64,000 bases of DNA from NCBI RefSeq assembly GCF_056746865.1, contig NZ_CM163382.1; one strand, 5' to 3'. Made by a program: the position numbers and the translations under genes. The notes beneath the pieces are model-generated. The model saw nothing but the letters and a program-made list of their open reading frames with translations, made no database searches and had not been told where the DNA came from. This document shows positions 1 through 10,698 of the stretch, in pieces; positions within the stretch are counted from its first letter, which is position 1; every line of letters begins with the position of its first letter.

Positions 1-1
1 G

Positions 2-1054
2 GTCTGGGCACTGTGCAATGACACGGCCTGTTCTGCAGCCATGCTGCTGGCGTCGGCCTGCTCCCGACGGCTGGTTACCCAGACATCCCGTATCGGCTCC
101 ATTGGCGTGATGATGAGCCATGTCAGCTATGCCGGTCATCTGGCGCAGGCCGGTGTGGATATTACGCTGATTTATGCCGGGGCGCACAAGGTGGATGGCA
201 ATCAGTTTGAAGCGTTGCCGGCAGAGGTTCGCCAGGATATGCAGCAGCGGATTGATGCGGCGCACCGGATGTTTGCCGAAAAAGTGGCGATGTATACCGG
301 GTTGTCTGTGGATGCGGTCACGGGAACAGAGGCCGCCGTTTTTGAAGGTCAGTCCGGCATTGAGGCCGGGCTGGCGGATGAATTAATCAATGCGTCGGAT
401 GCCATCAGTGTGATGGCCACGGCGCTGAACAGTAATGTCAGAGGAGGCACTATGCCGCAATTAACTGCAACGGAAGCCGCCGTGCAGGAGAACCAGCGAG
501 TGATGGGGATCCTGACATGCCAGGAAGCGAAAGGACGTGAACAGCTTGCCACGATGCTGGCAGGGCAACAGGGCATGAGCGTTGAACAGGCCCGGGCGAT
601 TCTGGCCGCGGCGGCACCGCAGCAGCCGGTGGCATCCGCACAGAGTGAAGCCGATCGCATTATGGCGTGTGAAGAAGCGAACGGTCGTGAACAACTGGCA
701 GCAACGCTGGCGGCGATGCCGGAGATGACGGTGGAAAAAGCCCGCCCGATCCTGGCTGCTTCACCGCAGGCGAATGCCGGACCATCACTCCGTGATCAGA
801 TCATGGCACTGGATGAGGCAAAAGGGGCTGAGGCGCAGGCTGAACAGCTGGCTGCCTGCCCGGGAATGACTGTGGAGAGCGCCCGGGCTGTGCTGGCTGC
901 GGGATCAGGTAAGGCAGAACCGGTCTCTGCATCCACAACCGCCCTGTTTGAACATTTCATGGCGAACCATTCACCGGCTGCGGTCCAGGGGGGCGTGTCA
1001 CAGGCGTCAGAAGACGGTGATGCGGACGTGAAAATGCTCATGGCCATGCCATGA
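2..1054 (+). CDS. Prohead protease/scaffold protein (lambda C/Nu3-like, S49 peptidase family), 5' end cut by window edge
   Basis: Reading frame is open from base 2. ClpP/S49-like segment followed by an Ala/Glu-rich scaffold region with three internal repeats, immediately upstream of a D-like gene. Confidence 0.7.
   Translation, partial: VWALCNDTACSAAMLLASACSRRLVTQTSRIGSIGVMMSHVSYAGHLAQAGVDITLIYAGAHKVDGNQFEALPAEVRQDMQQRIDAAHRMFAEKVAMYTGLSVDAVTGTEAAVFEGQSGIEAGLADELINASDAISVMATALNSNVRGGTMPQLTATEAAVQENQRVMGILTCQEAKGREQLATMLAGQQGMSVEQARAILAAAAPQQPVASAQSEADRIMACEEANGREQLAATLAAMPEMTVEKARPILAASPQANAGPSLRDQIMALDEAKGAEAQAEQLAACPGMTVESARAVLAAGSGKAEPVSASTTALFEHFMANHSPAAVQGGVSQASEDGDADVKMLMAMP
503..904 (+). 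repeat. Three tandem imperfect ~35-codon repeats inside the scaffold region
   Basis: Protein-level repeats CQEAKGREQLATMLAGQQGMSVEQARAILAAA / CEEANGREQLAATLAAMPEMTVEKARPILAAS / LDEAKGAEAQAEQLAACPGMTVESARAVLAAG. Confidence 0.5.
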
Positions 1055-1090
1055 AGTCAGTGCTGACCATCAATATGAGGTTTTAACAAA

Positions 1091-1438
1091 ATGGTGACGA
1101 AAACCATCACTGAACAGCGTGCGGAAGTACGTATTTTTGCCGGTAATGATCCGGCTCATACCGCCACAGGCAGCAGCGGGATTTCTTCTGCAACACCGGC
1201 TCTGACGCCCCTGATGCTGGATGAAGCCACCGGGAAACTGGTGGTCTGGGATGGACAGAAAGCCGGTAGTGCGGTTGGCATACTGGTACTGCCGCTTGAA
1301 GGCACAGAGACGGTGCTGACCTATTACAAGTCGGGGACCTTTGCGACGGAGGCAATCCGCTGGCCTGACAGTGTGGATGAACACAAAAAGGCAAATGCCT
1401 TTGCCGGCACAGCCCTGAGTCACGCGGCGCTGCCGTAA
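1091..1438 (+). CDS. Head decoration protein (lambda D-like)
   Basis: 115 aa, conserved PAHTAT...TPLMLD...KSGTF...AFAGTA pattern of lambda gpD. Sits between C/Nu3 and the E-like start. Confidence 0.75.
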   Translation: MVTKTITEQRAEVRIFAGNDPAHTATGSSGISSATPALTPLMLDEATGKLVVWDGQKAGSAVGILVLPLEGTETVLTYYKSGTFATEAIRWPDSVDEHKKANAFAGTALSHAALP

Positions 1439-1495
1439 CACGTTATCAGGCCACCATGGCGGCCTGACTGATTTCTGAATGAAAGGAACTGATTT

Positions 1496-2416
1496 ATGGG
1501 ATTGTTTACGACCCGCCAGTTACTCGGTTATACCGAACAAAAAGTGAAATTCCGTGCGCTGTTTCTGGAGCTGTTTTTCCGCCGTACGGTGAATTTCCAC
1601 ACCGAAGAGGTGATGCTGGACAAAATTACCGGAAAAACGCCGGTGGCGGCCTATGTCTCCCCAATCGTTGAAGGAAAAGTGCTTCGCCATCGCGGTGGTG
1701 AAACCCGCGTGTTACGTCCGGGCTACGTCAAGCCCAAACACGAATTTAGCACGCCGGAGGGGGAGCGGTATATCCCTTGTGTGAATATTTCCGCGGAGCC
1801 GGAGGCGTATTTTCGTATCGCACCGGAAGACTGGCTGCGGGCAGAGATGCAGGGGGAGATTGTGGCACTGGTCCACAGTCATCCCGGTGGGCTGCCCTGG
1901 CTGAGCGAGGCTGACCGGCGGCTGCAGATAAAAAGCGCACTGCCCTGGTGGCTGGTCTGCCGGGGTGACATTCACAAATTCCGCTGTGTGCCACATCTGA
2001 CGGGACGGCGCTTTGAGCACGGGGTGACGGACTGTTACACGCTGTTCCGGGATGCTTATCATCTGGCGGGGACTGAAATGCCGGATTTTCATCGCGAGGA
2101 TGACTGGTGGCGCAACGGCCAGAACCTGTACCTGGACAACCTGGCGGAAAACGGCTTTTGCCGGGTGTCTCCGTCCTCTGCACAGGCAGGCGATGTGCTG
2201 CTGTGCTGCTTTGGATCATCGGTGCCGAATCATGCCGCCGTTTACTGTGGTGACGGCGAGCTGCTGCACCATATTCCTGAACAACTGAGTAAACGGGAGA
2301 GGTATTCCGAAAAATGGCAACGACGAACGCATTCAGTCTGGCGTCACCGCCACTGGCACGCATCCGCCTTTACGGGGATTTACAACGATTTGGCCGCCGC
2401 CTCAGCCTGTATGTGA
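1496..2416 (+). CDS. Chimeric ORF: first ~84 aa of major capsid protein (lambda E-like) fused in frame to tail assembly protein K (JAMM/MPN plus NlpC/P60)
   Basis: N-terminus FTTRQLLGYTEQKVKF...YVSPIVEGKV...PGYVKPKHEF matches the lambda gpE N-terminus. Downstream are the JAMM motif (E...HSHPGG...SEAD) and NlpC/P60 Cys/His (DCYTLF...NHAAVY) typical of gpK. The 3' end overlaps the I gene as in lambda. Confidence 0.75.
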   Translation: MGLFTTRQLLGYTEQKVKFRALFLELFFRRTVNFHTEEVMLDKITGKTPVAAYVSPIVEGKVLRHRGGETRVLRPGYVKPKHEFSTPEGERYIPCVNISAEPEAYFRIAPEDWLRAEMQGEIVALVHSHPGGLPWLSEADRRLQIKSALPWWLVCRGDIHKFRCVPHLTGRRFEHGVTDCYTLFRDAYHLAGTEMPDFHREDDWWRNGQNLYLDNLAENGFCRVSPSSAQAGDVLLCCFGSSVPNHAAVYCGDGELLHHIPEQLSKRERYSEKWQRRTHSVWRHRHWHASAFTGIYNDLAAASACM

Positions 2417-2994
2417 ACACGGCAGCGGAAGCCATTCGCGCCCTGTCGATGCAGATGCCGGGCTTTCGCCGTCAGATGAACGAAGGCTGGTACCAGATAC
2501 GTATTGCCGGTGATGACACGGCACCGGAGGCGGTGTACGCCCGTCTTCACGAACAGCTGGGTGAGGGAACGGTCATCCATATTGTGCCGCGACTGGCCGG
2601 GGCCGGAAAGGGTGGACTGCAGATTGTGCTGGGGGCGGCAGCCATCGTGGGCTCTTTCTTCACTGCCGGTGCCTCGATGGCGTTATGGGGTACAGCCCTG
2701 AGTGCCGGCGGTTTTTCTGCCACCACGATGCTGTTTTCACTGGGGGCCAGCATGATACTGGGCGGTGTGGCCCAGATGCTGGCCCCGAAGGCAAAAACAC
2801 CGGATTACCGCGCAACGGATAACGGCAGACAGAACACGTACTTTTCCTCGCTGGATAACATGATTGCCCAGGGGAACCCGATGCCGGTGCCTTACGGGGA
2901 AATGCTGGTTGGCTCCCGCCGTATATCCCAGGACATCAGCACCCGTGATGAAGGCGGGGGCGGAAAGGTCGTGGTTATCGGGCGGCAGGGGTAA
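2314..2994 (+). CDS. Tail assembly protein I
   Basis: 226 aa, lambda gpI-like (LYGDLQRFGRR...GWYQIRIAGDD...QNTYFSSLDNM...), overlaps the 3' end of K. Confidence 0.85.
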   Translation: MATTNAFSLASPPLARIRLYGDLQRFGRRLSLYVNTAAEAIRALSMQMPGFRRQMNEGWYQIRIAGDDTAPEAVYARLHEQLGEGTVIHIVPRLAGAGKGGLQIVLGAAAIVGSFFTAGASMALWGTALSAGGFSATTMLFSLGASMILGGVAQMLAPKAKTPDYRATDNGRQNTYFSSLDNMIAQGNPMPVPYGEMLVGSRRISQDISTRDEGGGGKVVVIGRQG

Positions 2995-2997
2995 AAA

Positions 2998-3097
2998 GAA
3001 TAAAAAAATCCCGCAGTGATCGCGGACAGGAACTGCGGGAGAGTTACGAAGATTAAGTGTAAGGAATTATTCTTATGTCACGACAAAAAAATTAACG
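2998..3097 (-). ncRNA. Candidate small RNA (prophage moron) between I and J
   Basis: Minus-strand sigma70-like promoter (TTCACA-16 bp-TATAAT) followed ~100 nt later by a GC stem (CCCGCAGT...ACTGCGGG) and a U-tract. No plausible ORF in the transcribed segment. Confidence 0.3.
3010..3039 (-). terminator. Rho-independent terminator, minus strand
   Basis: 8-bp GC-rich stem CCCGCAGT/ACTGCGGG followed on the minus strand by ATTTTTTTATTCTTTTT. Confidence 0.5.
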
Positions 3098-3104
3098 CAG
3101 AGAA

Positions 3105-3132
3105 ATTATACGCGCCACAGTCAGTTTGTGAA
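3105..3132 (-). promoter_or_regulatory. Predicted sigma70 promoter for the I-J intergenic transcript
   Basis: Minus-strand -35 TTCACA (plus 3127-3132), 16-bp spacer, perfect -10 TATAAT (plus 3105-3110). Confidence 0.35.
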
Positions 3133-3170
3133 AATGTGAAGATATTCAGAATTTTTATTCAGTCATGATA

Positions 3171-3200
3171 CAGGCATCCTCCGGGGTGCCTGTTGTTTTT
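3171..3200 (+). terminator. Rho-independent terminator-like hairpin just upstream of J
   Basis: Stem CAGGCA.../...TGCCTG followed by TTGTTTTTT on the plus strand. Confidence 0.4.
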
Positions 3201-3244
3201 TGGGCATAAACAGATTCAGACATCAGACAGGAGAGGGGGAGCGA

Positions 3245-6200
3245 GTGGGTAAAGGTGGCGGTAAGGCGCACACACCGCGCGAGGCGAAGGATAATCTCAA
3301 ATCCACGCAGATGATGAGTGTGATTGATGCGATTGGTGAGGGACCGATAGAAGGTCCGGTGAAGGGACTGCAGAGTATCCTGGTGAACAAAACCCCGCTG
3401 ACGGACACGGACGGTAATCCCGTGATACACGGTGTGACCGCGGTCTGGCGTGCCGGGGAGCAGGAGCAGACACCACCGGAAGGCTTTGAGTCCTCCGGAG
3501 CTGAAACCGGACTGGGCGTGGAAGTGACGAAGGCAAAACCGGTGACGCGCACCATTACGTCCGCGAACATTGACCGCCTGCGGGTTACCTTCGGGGTGCA
3601 GTCACTGGTGCAGACCACGTCAAAGGGTGACCGTAACCCGACATCCGTCCGCCTGCTGATTCAGTTACAGCGTAACGGTAACTGGGTGACAGAAAAGGAC
3701 GTCACCATTAACGGCAAGACCACCTCACAGTTCCTGGCCTCGGTGATTCTGGATAATCTGCCTCCCCGGCCCTTTAACATCCGGATGGTCAGGGAGACGG
3801 CGGACAGCACCACGGACCAGCTGCAGAATAAGACGCTGTGGTCGTCATACACCGAAATCATCGATGTGAAACAGTGCTACCCGAACACGGCCATTGTGGG
3901 GCTGCAGGTGGATGCGGAGCAGTTCGGCGGCCAGCAGATGACGGTGAACTACCATATCCGCGGTCGCATCATCCAGGTGCCGTCAAACTATGACCCGGAA
4001 AAACGCACGTACAGTGGTATCTGGGACGGCAGCCTGAAACCGGCATACAGCAACAACCCGGCCTGGTGTCTGTGGGACATGCTGACTCACCCGCGCTACG
4101 GCATGGGAAAACGTCTGGGGGCGGCGGATGTGGACAAGTGGGCGCTGTATGCCATCGGGCAGTACTGCGACCAGACGGTCCCGGATGGTTTCGGGGGGAC
4201 CGAGCCGCGGATGACCTTTAATGCGTACCTGGCACAACAGCGTAAGGCGTGGGACGTTCTCAGTGATTTCTGCTCTGCGATGCGCTGTATGCCGGTATGG
4301 AACGGCCAGACGCTGACGTTCGTTCAGGACCGTCCGTCGGATGTGGTGTGGCCGTACACCAACAGCGATGTGGTGGTGGATGATAACGGCGTGGGTTTCC
4401 GCTACAGCTTCAGTGCCCTGAAGGACCGGCACACGGCAGTGGAGGTGAATTACACCGACCCGCAGAACGGCTGGCAGACCTCCACGGAACTGGTGGAAGA
4501 CCCGGAAGCCATACTGCGCTACGGACGCAACCTGCTGAAGATGGACGCGTTCGGCTGTACCAGCCGCGGTCAGGCCCACCGTGCCGGGCTGTGGGTGATA
4601 AAGACCGAACTGCTGGAAACGCAGACGGTGGATTTCACGCTCGGGTCACAGGGGCTGCGTCACACACCCGGTGACATCATTGAAATCTGTGATAACGACT
4701 ATGCCGGGACCATGACCGGCGGACGTGTCCTGTCCATCGATGCCGCCAGCCGTACCCTGACGCTGGACCGGGAGGTGACACTGCCGGAGACCGGCACGGC
4801 CACTGTTAATCTGATTAACGGCAGCGGTAAGCCGGCGAGCGTGGCCATCACCGCACACCCCGCGCCTGACCGGATACAGGTCAGCACCCTGCCGGATGGT
4901 GTGGAGACATACGGTGTGTGGGGACTCTCCCTGCCGTCACTGCGTCGTCGCCTGTTCTGCTGTGTCTCCATCCGGGAAAACACGGACGGCACGTTCGCCA
5001 TCACGGCGGTGCAGCACGTACCGGAAAAAGAAGCCATTGTGGATAACGGGGCCAGCTTTGAGCCGCAGTCAGGCAGCCTGAACAGCGTTATCCCACCGGC
5101 AGTGCAGCACCTGACGGTGGAGGTGAGTGCAGCTGACGGTCAGTATCTGGCACAGGCGAAATGGGACACGCCGCGGGTGGTGAAGGGTGTGCGCTTCAGT
5201 CTGCGTCTGACCAGCGGAAGCGGAGAAGACAGCCGTCTGGTGAGCACCGCCATCACCGCAGACACGGAGCACCGTTTCAGTGGTCTGCCGCTGGGGGAAT
5301 ACACCCTGACGGTGCGGGCCATTAACAGCTACGGCCAGCAGGGCGAACCTGCGACCACCACCTTCCGGATTAACGCGCCTGCAAAACCCGCCACCATTGA
5401 GCTGACGCCGGGGTATTTTCAGATAACGGCGGTCCCGCGTCTTGCGGTGTATGACCCGACGGTACAGTTTGAATTCTGGTTCTCAGAAAAACGCATCACG
5501 AACACGGCACAGGTGGAAAAATCTGCCCGTTATCTGGGGACCGGCAGTCAGTGGACTGTCCAGGGGAGCCGGATTAAGCCGGGGACGGATTTCTGGTTTT
5601 ACGTGCGAAGCGTCAACCTGGTGGGAAAATCTGCTTTTGTGGAAGCCAGCGGGCAGCCCAGCAATGATGGTGAAGGGTATCTGGAAATTTTCCGGGGGCT
5701 GATAGATGAGACGCTTCTGGGCCAGGCACTGAAAGAGCGCATTGATGCTTCAGCGCTGCGTACGGAGGTCACGCAACTGGAAGAAGACATCCGTCAGCGG
5801 ATGGACACGGATATCGCAGAAGTGACCCGGAAAATCGGGGAGGCGGAAAACAGCCTCACGCAGCTGGTTGCGAAAAAGAATGAGGACCAGACACTGGCCA
5901 TCGCGCAGGTGAGCCAGAAAGTGGACCGGGTGAGCAGTGAAATCTCACAGACTGTCAGCCAGGGGCAGTCAGAAAATGCCCGACAGATAGCACAGGTCCG
6001 CCAGTACGTGGATAAAAAAGGGAGTGAAATTACCTCGACCACGGATAAAAAACTGGGTGACCAGGCCGTGACCATACAGCAAATCCAGCGGGTTCAGTCA
6101 GACACGCGCAATGAGCTGAATGCCATGTATATGCTGAAGGTGCAGAAAACAAAAAACGGTATTCCCTATGTGGCCGGGATTGGTGCGGGGATTGAGGATG

Positions 6201-6937
6201 TTGATGGTCAGACGCTGAGCAGTATTCTGCTGCAGGCTGACCGTATCGCGATGATTACCCCGGAGAACGGCAACACCACGCCGCTGTTTGTGGCGCAGGG
6301 GAATCAGCTGTTCATGAACGACGTGTTCCTGAAGCGACTGTTTGCGGTGAGCATCACGTCATCCGGCAATCCTCCGACGTTTTCCCTGACGCCGGATGGC
6401 AGGCTGACAGCCCGCAATGCGGATATCAGTGGAGCCATCACGGCGAATACCGGCACGCTCAATAATGTCACCATTAACGAGAACTGTGTCATCAGAGGGA
6501 AACTGTCTGCAAACCAGATTGAAGGCGATCTCGTTAAAACAGTGGGTAAGGCTTTCCCTCGTGACTCCCGTGCACCGAAGCGGTGGCCATCAGGAACCAT
6601 TACCGTCAGGGTTTATGACGATCAGCCGTTTAACCGGCAGATTGTTATTCCGGCGGTGGCTTTCAGCGGTGCCAGACATGAGCGGGAGAACAGCGATACT
6701 TATTCGTCATGCCGCCTGATAGTGAAGAAAAACGGTGCTGAAATTTATAACCGTACCGCGCTGGATAATACGCTGATTTACAGTGGTGTTATTGATATGC
6801 CAGCTGGTCGCGGCCACATGACGCTGGAGTTTTCTGTATCAGCATGGTGGGTAAATGGCTGGTATCCCACAGCAAGTATCAGCGATTTGCTGGTTGTTGT
6901 GATGAAGAAAGCCACTGCAGGCATCACGATTAGCTGA
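3245..6937 (+). CDS. Host specificity / central tail fiber protein J
   Basis: About 1230 aa, collinear with lambda gpJ ([21 protein letters not shown]...). Start is probably GTG at 3245 after a GGAG-rich SD; the TTG at 3200 in the ORF track is unlikely. Confidence 0.9.
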   Translation: MGKGGGKAHTPREAKDNLKSTQMMSVIDAIGEGPIEGPVKGLQSILVNKTPLTDTDGNPVIHGVTAVWRAGEQEQTPPEGFESSGAETGLGVEVTKAKPVTRTITSANIDRLRVTFGVQSLVQTTSKGDRNPTSVRLLIQLQRNGNWVTEKDVTINGKTTSQFLASVILDNLPPRPFNIRMVRETADSTTDQLQNKTLWSSYTEIIDVKQCYPNTAIVGLQVDAEQFGGQQMTVNYHIRGRIIQVPSNYDPEKRTYSGIWDGSLKPAYSNNPAWCLWDMLTHPRYGMGKRLGAADVDKWALYAIGQYCDQTVPDGFGGTEPRMTFNAYLAQQRKAWDVLSDFCSAMRCMPVWNGQTLTFVQDRPSDVVWPYTNSDVVVDDNGVGFRYSFSALKDRHTAVEVNYTDPQNGWQTSTELVEDPEAILRYGRNLLKMDAFGCTSRGQAHRAGLWVIKTELLETQTVDFTLGSQGLRHTPGDIIEICDNDYAGTMTGGRVLSIDAASRTLTLDREVTLPETGTATVNLINGSGKPASVAITAHPAPDRIQVSTLPDGVETYGVWGLSLPSLRRRLFCCVSIRENTDGTFAITAVQHVPEKEAIVDNGASFEPQSGSLNSVIPPAVQHLTVEVSAADGQYLAQAKWDTPRVVKGVRFSLRLTSGSGEDSRLVSTAITADTEHRFSGLPLGEYTLTVRAINSYGQQGEPATTTFRINAPAKPATIELTPGYFQITAVPRLAVYDPTVQFEFWFSEKRITNTAQVEKSARYLGTGSQWTVQGSRIKPGTDFWFYVRSVNLVGKSAFVEASGQPSNDGEGYLEIFRGLIDETLLGQALKERIDASALRTEVTQLEEDIRQRMDTDIAEVTRKIGEAENSLTQLVAKKNEDQTLAIAQVSQKVDRVSSEISQTVSQGQSENARQIAQVRQYVDKKGSEITSTTDKKLGDQAVTIQQIQRVQSDTRNELNAMYMLKVQKTKNGIPYVAGIGAGIEDVDGQTLSSILLQADRIAMITPENGNTTPLFVAQGNQLFMNDVFLKRLFAVSITSSGNPPTFSLTPDGRLTARNADISGAITANTGTLNNVTINENCVIRGKLSANQIEGDLVKTVGKAFPRDSRAPKRWPSGTITVRVYDDQPFNRQIVIPAVAFSGARHERENSDTYSSCRLIVKKNGAEIYNRTALDNTLIYSGVIDMPAGRGHMTLEFSVSAWWVNGWYPTASISDLLVVVMKKATAGITIS

Positions 6938-6956
6938 ATTTTATAACCCCAATACG

Positions 6957-6980
6957 GGCGCCAGAAATGGTGCCTTTTTT
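6957..6980 (+). terminator. Terminator-like hairpin after J
   Basis: GGCGCC-AGAAAT-GGTGCC (one G-U pair) followed by TTTTTT. Confidence 0.4.
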
Positions 6981-7004
6981 ATTGCAGAAAAGCGAGAGGT
7001 AATT

Positions 7005-7604
7005 ATGCGTAAAGTTTGTGCAGCCATTTTGTCCGCAGCCATCTGTCTGTCCGTATCCGGTGCGCCTGCATGGGCGTCTGAACATCAGTCCACACTGAGC
7101 GCAGGGTATCTTCATGCCCGTACGAACGCTCCCGGCAGCGATAATCTGAACGGGATTAACGTGAAATACCGTTATGAGTTTACGGACGCGCTGGGGCTGA
7201 TTACGTCCTTCAGTTATGCCAATGCTGAGGATGAGCAAAAAACGCACTACAGCGATACCCGCTGGCATGAAGATTCCGTGCGTAACCGCTGGTTCAGCGT
7301 GATGGCGGGGCCGTCTGTACGCGTGAATGAATGGTTCAGCGCGTATGCGATGGCGGGTGTGGCTTACAGCCGTGTGTCGACTTTCTCCGGGGATTATCTC
7401 CGCGTAACTGACAACAAGGGGAAAAAGCACGATGTGCTGACCGGAAGTGATGACGGTCGCCACAGCAACACGTCTCTGGCGTGGGGAGCTGGCGTGCAGT
7501 TTAACCCGACCGAATCCGTGGCCATTGATGTCGCTTATGAAGGCTCCGGCAGCGGTGACTGGCGTACCAACAGTTTCATCGTTGGTGTCGGTTATAAGTT
7601 CTGA
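7005..7604 (+). CDS. lom: Lom-family outer membrane protein (Ail/Lom/PagC beta-barrel)
   Basis: 199 aa with signal peptide and the C-terminal ...AYEGSGSGDWRTNSFIVGVGYKF of lambda Lom. Lies between J and stf as in lambda. Confidence 0.85.
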   Translation: MRKVCAAILSAAICLSVSGAPAWASEHQSTLSAGYLHARTNAPGSDNLNGINVKYRYEFTDALGLITSFSYANAEDEQKTHYSDTRWHEDSVRNRWFSVMAGPSVRVNEWFSAYAMAGVAYSRVSTFSGDYLRVTDNKGKKHDVLTGSDDGRHSNTSLAWGAGVQFNPTESVAIDVAYEGSGSGDWRTNSFIVGVGYKF

Positions 7605-7630
7605 TTAGCCAGGTAACACAGTGTTATGAC

Positions 7631-7658
7631 AGCCCGCCGGTTCAGGCGGGCTTTTTTG
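7631..7658 (+). terminator. Rho-independent terminator after lom
   Basis: AGCCCGCC-GGTTCAG-GGCGGGCT followed by TTTTTT. Confidence 0.6.
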
Positions 7659-7668
7659 TGGAGTGGAT

Positions 7669-10600
7669 ATGGCAGCAGTAAAAATCTCAGGTGTGCTGAA
7701 AGATGGCACAGGAAAACCAGTACAGAACTGCACCATTGTGCTGAAGGCCAGACGAACCAGCAGCACGGTGGTGGTGAACACGGTGGCCTCTGAAAATCCG
7801 GATGAAGCCGGACGTTACAGCATGGATGTTGAGCATGGCCAGTACAGCGTCACCCTGCTGGTTGAAGGTTTTCCGCCTTCACATGCCGGGACCATTACCG
7901 TCTATGAAGGTTCCAGACCAGGTACGCTGAATGATTTTCTCGGTGCCATGACGGAGGATGATGTCCGACCGGAGGCACTGCGCCGCTTTGAGCAGATGGT
8001 GGAAGAGGTGTCACGTAACGCCTCCGCGGTTGCACAGAATACGGCAGCCGCGAAAAAATCAGCCAGCGATACCAGTGCATCAGCCAGCGAGGCGGCAACT
8101 CATGCAACCGATGCTGCAGCCTCAGCACGTGCCGCCAGCACGTCAGCCGGACAGGCCGCGTCGTCGGCTCAGTCAGCGTCTTCCAGCGCAGGAACGGCAT
8201 CGACAAAGGCCCGTGAAGCAGCAAAAAGTGCTGCTGCTGCAGAGTCATCAAAAAGCGCGGCAGCTACCAGCGCCAGTGCCGCGAAAACGTCAGAAACGAA
8301 TGCCGCAGCATCACAAAAATCGGCAGCCACTTCTGCATCCACAGCGACCACGAAGGCGTCAGAAGCTGCCACCTCGGCACGGGGTGCGGCGGCCTCAAAA
8401 GAGGCAGCGAAATCTTCAGAAACGAATGCATCATCAAGTGCCAGTAGTGCAGCTTCCTCGGCAACGGCGGCAGGAAATTCCGCGAAGGCGGCAAAAACGT
8501 CCGAGACGAACGCTAAGTCTTCTGAAACAGCAGCGGGACAGAGCGCCTCAGCTGCGGCAGGTTCAAAAACAGCGGCTGTATTATCTGCCAGTGCCGCGTC
8601 AACAAGTGCCGGGCAGGCCTCAGCCAGTGCCACCGCCGCCGGAAAATCGGCAGAAAGCGCCGCATCATCCGCTTCAACAGCCACAACGAAGGCTGGCAAA
8701 GCCACTGAGCAAGCCACTGCAGCAGCGAGGTCTGCTTCTGCAGCAAAAACCTCTGAAACAAATGCAAAGACTTCAGCAGACAATGCTGCTTCCTCTAAGG
8801 CGGCAGCCGCATCGTCAGCCAGTTCAGCGGCGTCATCGGCATCATCTGCGTCTGCTTCAAAAGATGAGGCGACCAGACAAGCGTCAGCAGCGAAAGGTAG
8901 TGCCACGACAGCAACAACGAAAGCATCAGAGGCGGCAGGCAGTGCGACGGCTGCATCTCAGAGCAAAGTTGCTGCTGAATCCGCGGCAACGCGCGCCGAG
9001 ACAGCAGCAAAACGGGCAGAGGATATTGCATCCGCCGTGGCGCTGGAGGATGCGAGCACGACGAAAAAGGGGATAGTACAGCTCAGCAGTGCAACAAACA
9101 GCACCAGTGAAAAGCTGGCGGCAACGCCAAAGGCAGTTAAAACTGTTAAAGATAGTTCAGTTCAAAAAACTGGCGACACAATGGGAGGGCAGTTAAAAAT
9201 CAGCACGATAAATGCTCTTCGAATATTCAACCAAGCCTTTGGCCTTATTTTTAGGCGTTCCGAAGATCATCTTCATCTTATTCCGACTAATGAAGGGGAG
9301 GGGGAAAATGGAGACATCGGTTCATTAAGACCATTCTCTATAAACTTAAGATCAGGGTTGGTGTCCATCGGTAATGGACTAAAAGTTGGTGGTAGTGTTA
9401 CTGGTAATTTGACCGGAAACGCAGATACTGCGACCAAGATCAAGACAGCACGTAAGATTGGGGGCGTGGCATTTGATGGATCGGCAGATATCAACTTGCC
9501 TGGAGTCAACGCTACCGGTAATCAAAACACTACAGGTAATGCTGCGACCGCCACGAAACTTCAGGCAGCCAGAACGATTAACGGTGTGTCATTTGATGGT
9601 AGTGCAAATATCACATTGACCCCTTCAAATATTGGGGCATTGGCATTAACTGGAGGGACTCTTTCAGGTGGTTTAACTGCTGCTGGTGAGGTTATTTCAA
9701 GGTCAGCAAATGGTCTGCGTATTGCCTATGGCAACTATGGATTCTTTATCCGAAATGATGGATCAAACACATATTTTATGTTGACAGATTCGGGTAACAG
9801 TCTTGGTACGCACAATAGCTTAAGGCCGTTTATAATTAGTAACCATACTGGCAATGTTACAATTGCAACTAAATTAAACGCGAGTGGTGGTATCACTGGA
9901 TCTTTATCGGGTAATGCAAGCACAGCAACCAAATTGCAAACTGCAAGGACAATTAACGGCGTAAAATTTGACGGCTCGGCAAATATTGAAGCGTTTCCGC
10001 CAGGTGTTCCGCTGCCGTGGCCATCAGATACACCACCTGCAGGTTATGCAATCATGCAGGGGCAGACGTTTGATAAGGCAGCATATCCGAAACTGGCTAT
10101 TGCCTATCCTTCAGGTGTTATTCCAGATATGCGCGGCTGGACAATCAAGGGCAAACCCGCCAGTGGCCGGGCCGTATTGTCTCAGGAACAGGACGGCATT
10201 AAATCGCACACCCACAGCGCCAGCGCATCCAGTACGGATTTGGGGACGAAAACCACATCGTCGTTTGATTACGGCACTAAATCCACGAATAACACCGGGG
10301 CGCATACGCACAGTCTGAGTGGCTCTACGGGGTCTGCCGGTGTTCATACTCATGGTAATGGTATTCGTTGGCCAGGAGGCGGCGGTTCTGCGTTAGCATT
10401 TTATGATGGCGGTGGGTTCACTTATGTCCAGAATTCACAGTATCAAGTAAGCCCGGAGACTTCTTCCTATAGATCGTATTATCAACGTATTCAGACACAG
10501 TCAGCAGGTGCTCATACCCACTCGCTGTCTGGTACTGCAGCAAGTTCTGGCGCACATGCACATACTGTAGGTATTGGTGCGCATACGCACTCCGTTGCGA

Positions 10601-10698
10601 TTGGTTCACATGGACACACCATCACCGTTAACGCTGCGGGTAACGCGGAAAACACCGTCAAAAACATCGCATTTAACTATATTGTGAGGCTTGCATAA
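7669..10698 (+). CDS. stf: Side tail fiber protein Stf
   Basis: N-terminus [21 protein letters not shown]... like lambda Stf, long Ala/Ser-rich TSETNA repeat region, C-terminal GAHTHS repeats. ATG at 7669 has a GGAG SD 5 nt upstream (the track's GTG at 7663 is less likely). Confidence 0.85.
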   Translation: MAAVKISGVLKDGTGKPVQNCTIVLKARRTSSTVVVNTVASENPDEAGRYSMDVEHGQYSVTLLVEGFPPSHAGTITVYEGSRPGTLNDFLGAMTEDDVRPEALRRFEQMVEEVSRNASAVAQNTAAAKKSASDTSASASEAATHATDAAASARAASTSAGQAASSAQSASSSAGTASTKAREAAKSAAAAESSKSAAATSASAAKTSETNAAASQKSAATSASTATTKASEAATSARGAAASKEAAKSSETNASSSASSAASSATAAGNSAKAAKTSETNAKSSETAAGQSASAAAGSKTAAVLSASAASTSAGQASASATAAGKSAESAASSASTATTKAGKATEQATAAARSASAAKTSETNAKTSADNAASSKAAAASSASSAASSASSASASKDEATRQASAAKGSATTATTKASEAAGSATAASQSKVAAESAATRAETAAKRAEDIASAVALEDASTTKKGIVQLSSATNSTSEKLAATPKAVKTVKDSSVQKTGDTMGGQLKISTINALRIFNQAFGLIFRRSEDHLHLIPTNEGEGENGDIGSLRPFSINLRSGLVSIGNGLKVGGSVTGNLTGNADTATKIKTARKIGGVAFDGSADINLPGVNATGNQNTTGNAATATKLQAARTINGVSFDGSANITLTPSNIGALALTGGTLSGGLTAAGEVISRSANGLRIAYGNYGFFIRNDGSNTYFMLTDSGNSLGTHNSLRPFIISNHTGNVTIATKLNASGGITGSLSGNASTATKLQTARTINGVKFDGSANIEAFPPGVPLPWPSDTPPAGYAIMQGQTFDKAAYPKLAIAYPSGVIPDMRGWTIKGKPASGRAVLSQEQDGIKSHTHSASASSTDLGTKTTSSFDYGTKSTNNTGAHTHSLSGSTGSAGVHTHGNGIRWPGGGGSALAFYDGGGFTYVQNSQYQVSPETSSYRSYYQRIQTQSAGAHTHSLSGTAASSGAHAHTVGIGAHTHSVAIGSHGHTITVNAAGNAENTVKNIAFNYIVRLA

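Noticed and set aside
3200-3244. TTG start at 3200 giving a 1245-aa J protein
   Set aside because: The extension has no similarity to J N-termini and overlaps a terminator-like hairpin. GTG at 3245 follows a strong GGAG-rich SD and matches the conserved GKG...[10 protein letters not shown] start.
8000-9060. Possible CRISPR array or tandem DNA repeat in the repetitive stf region
   Set aside because: The repeats are imperfect, in frame and coding (Ala/Ser-rich fibre shaft), with no repeat-spacer periodicity and no cas genes. No CRISPR array was found anywhere in the window.
7958-9076. 372-aa Arg/Pro/Gln-rich ORF on the plus strand inside stf, and a 245-aa Ala/Asp-rich ORF on the minus strand (8169-8906)
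   Set aside because: Both are alternative-frame readings of the repetitive GC-rich Ala/Ser codon region of stf. Their composition is low-complexity and they lie entirely within a well-supported gene.
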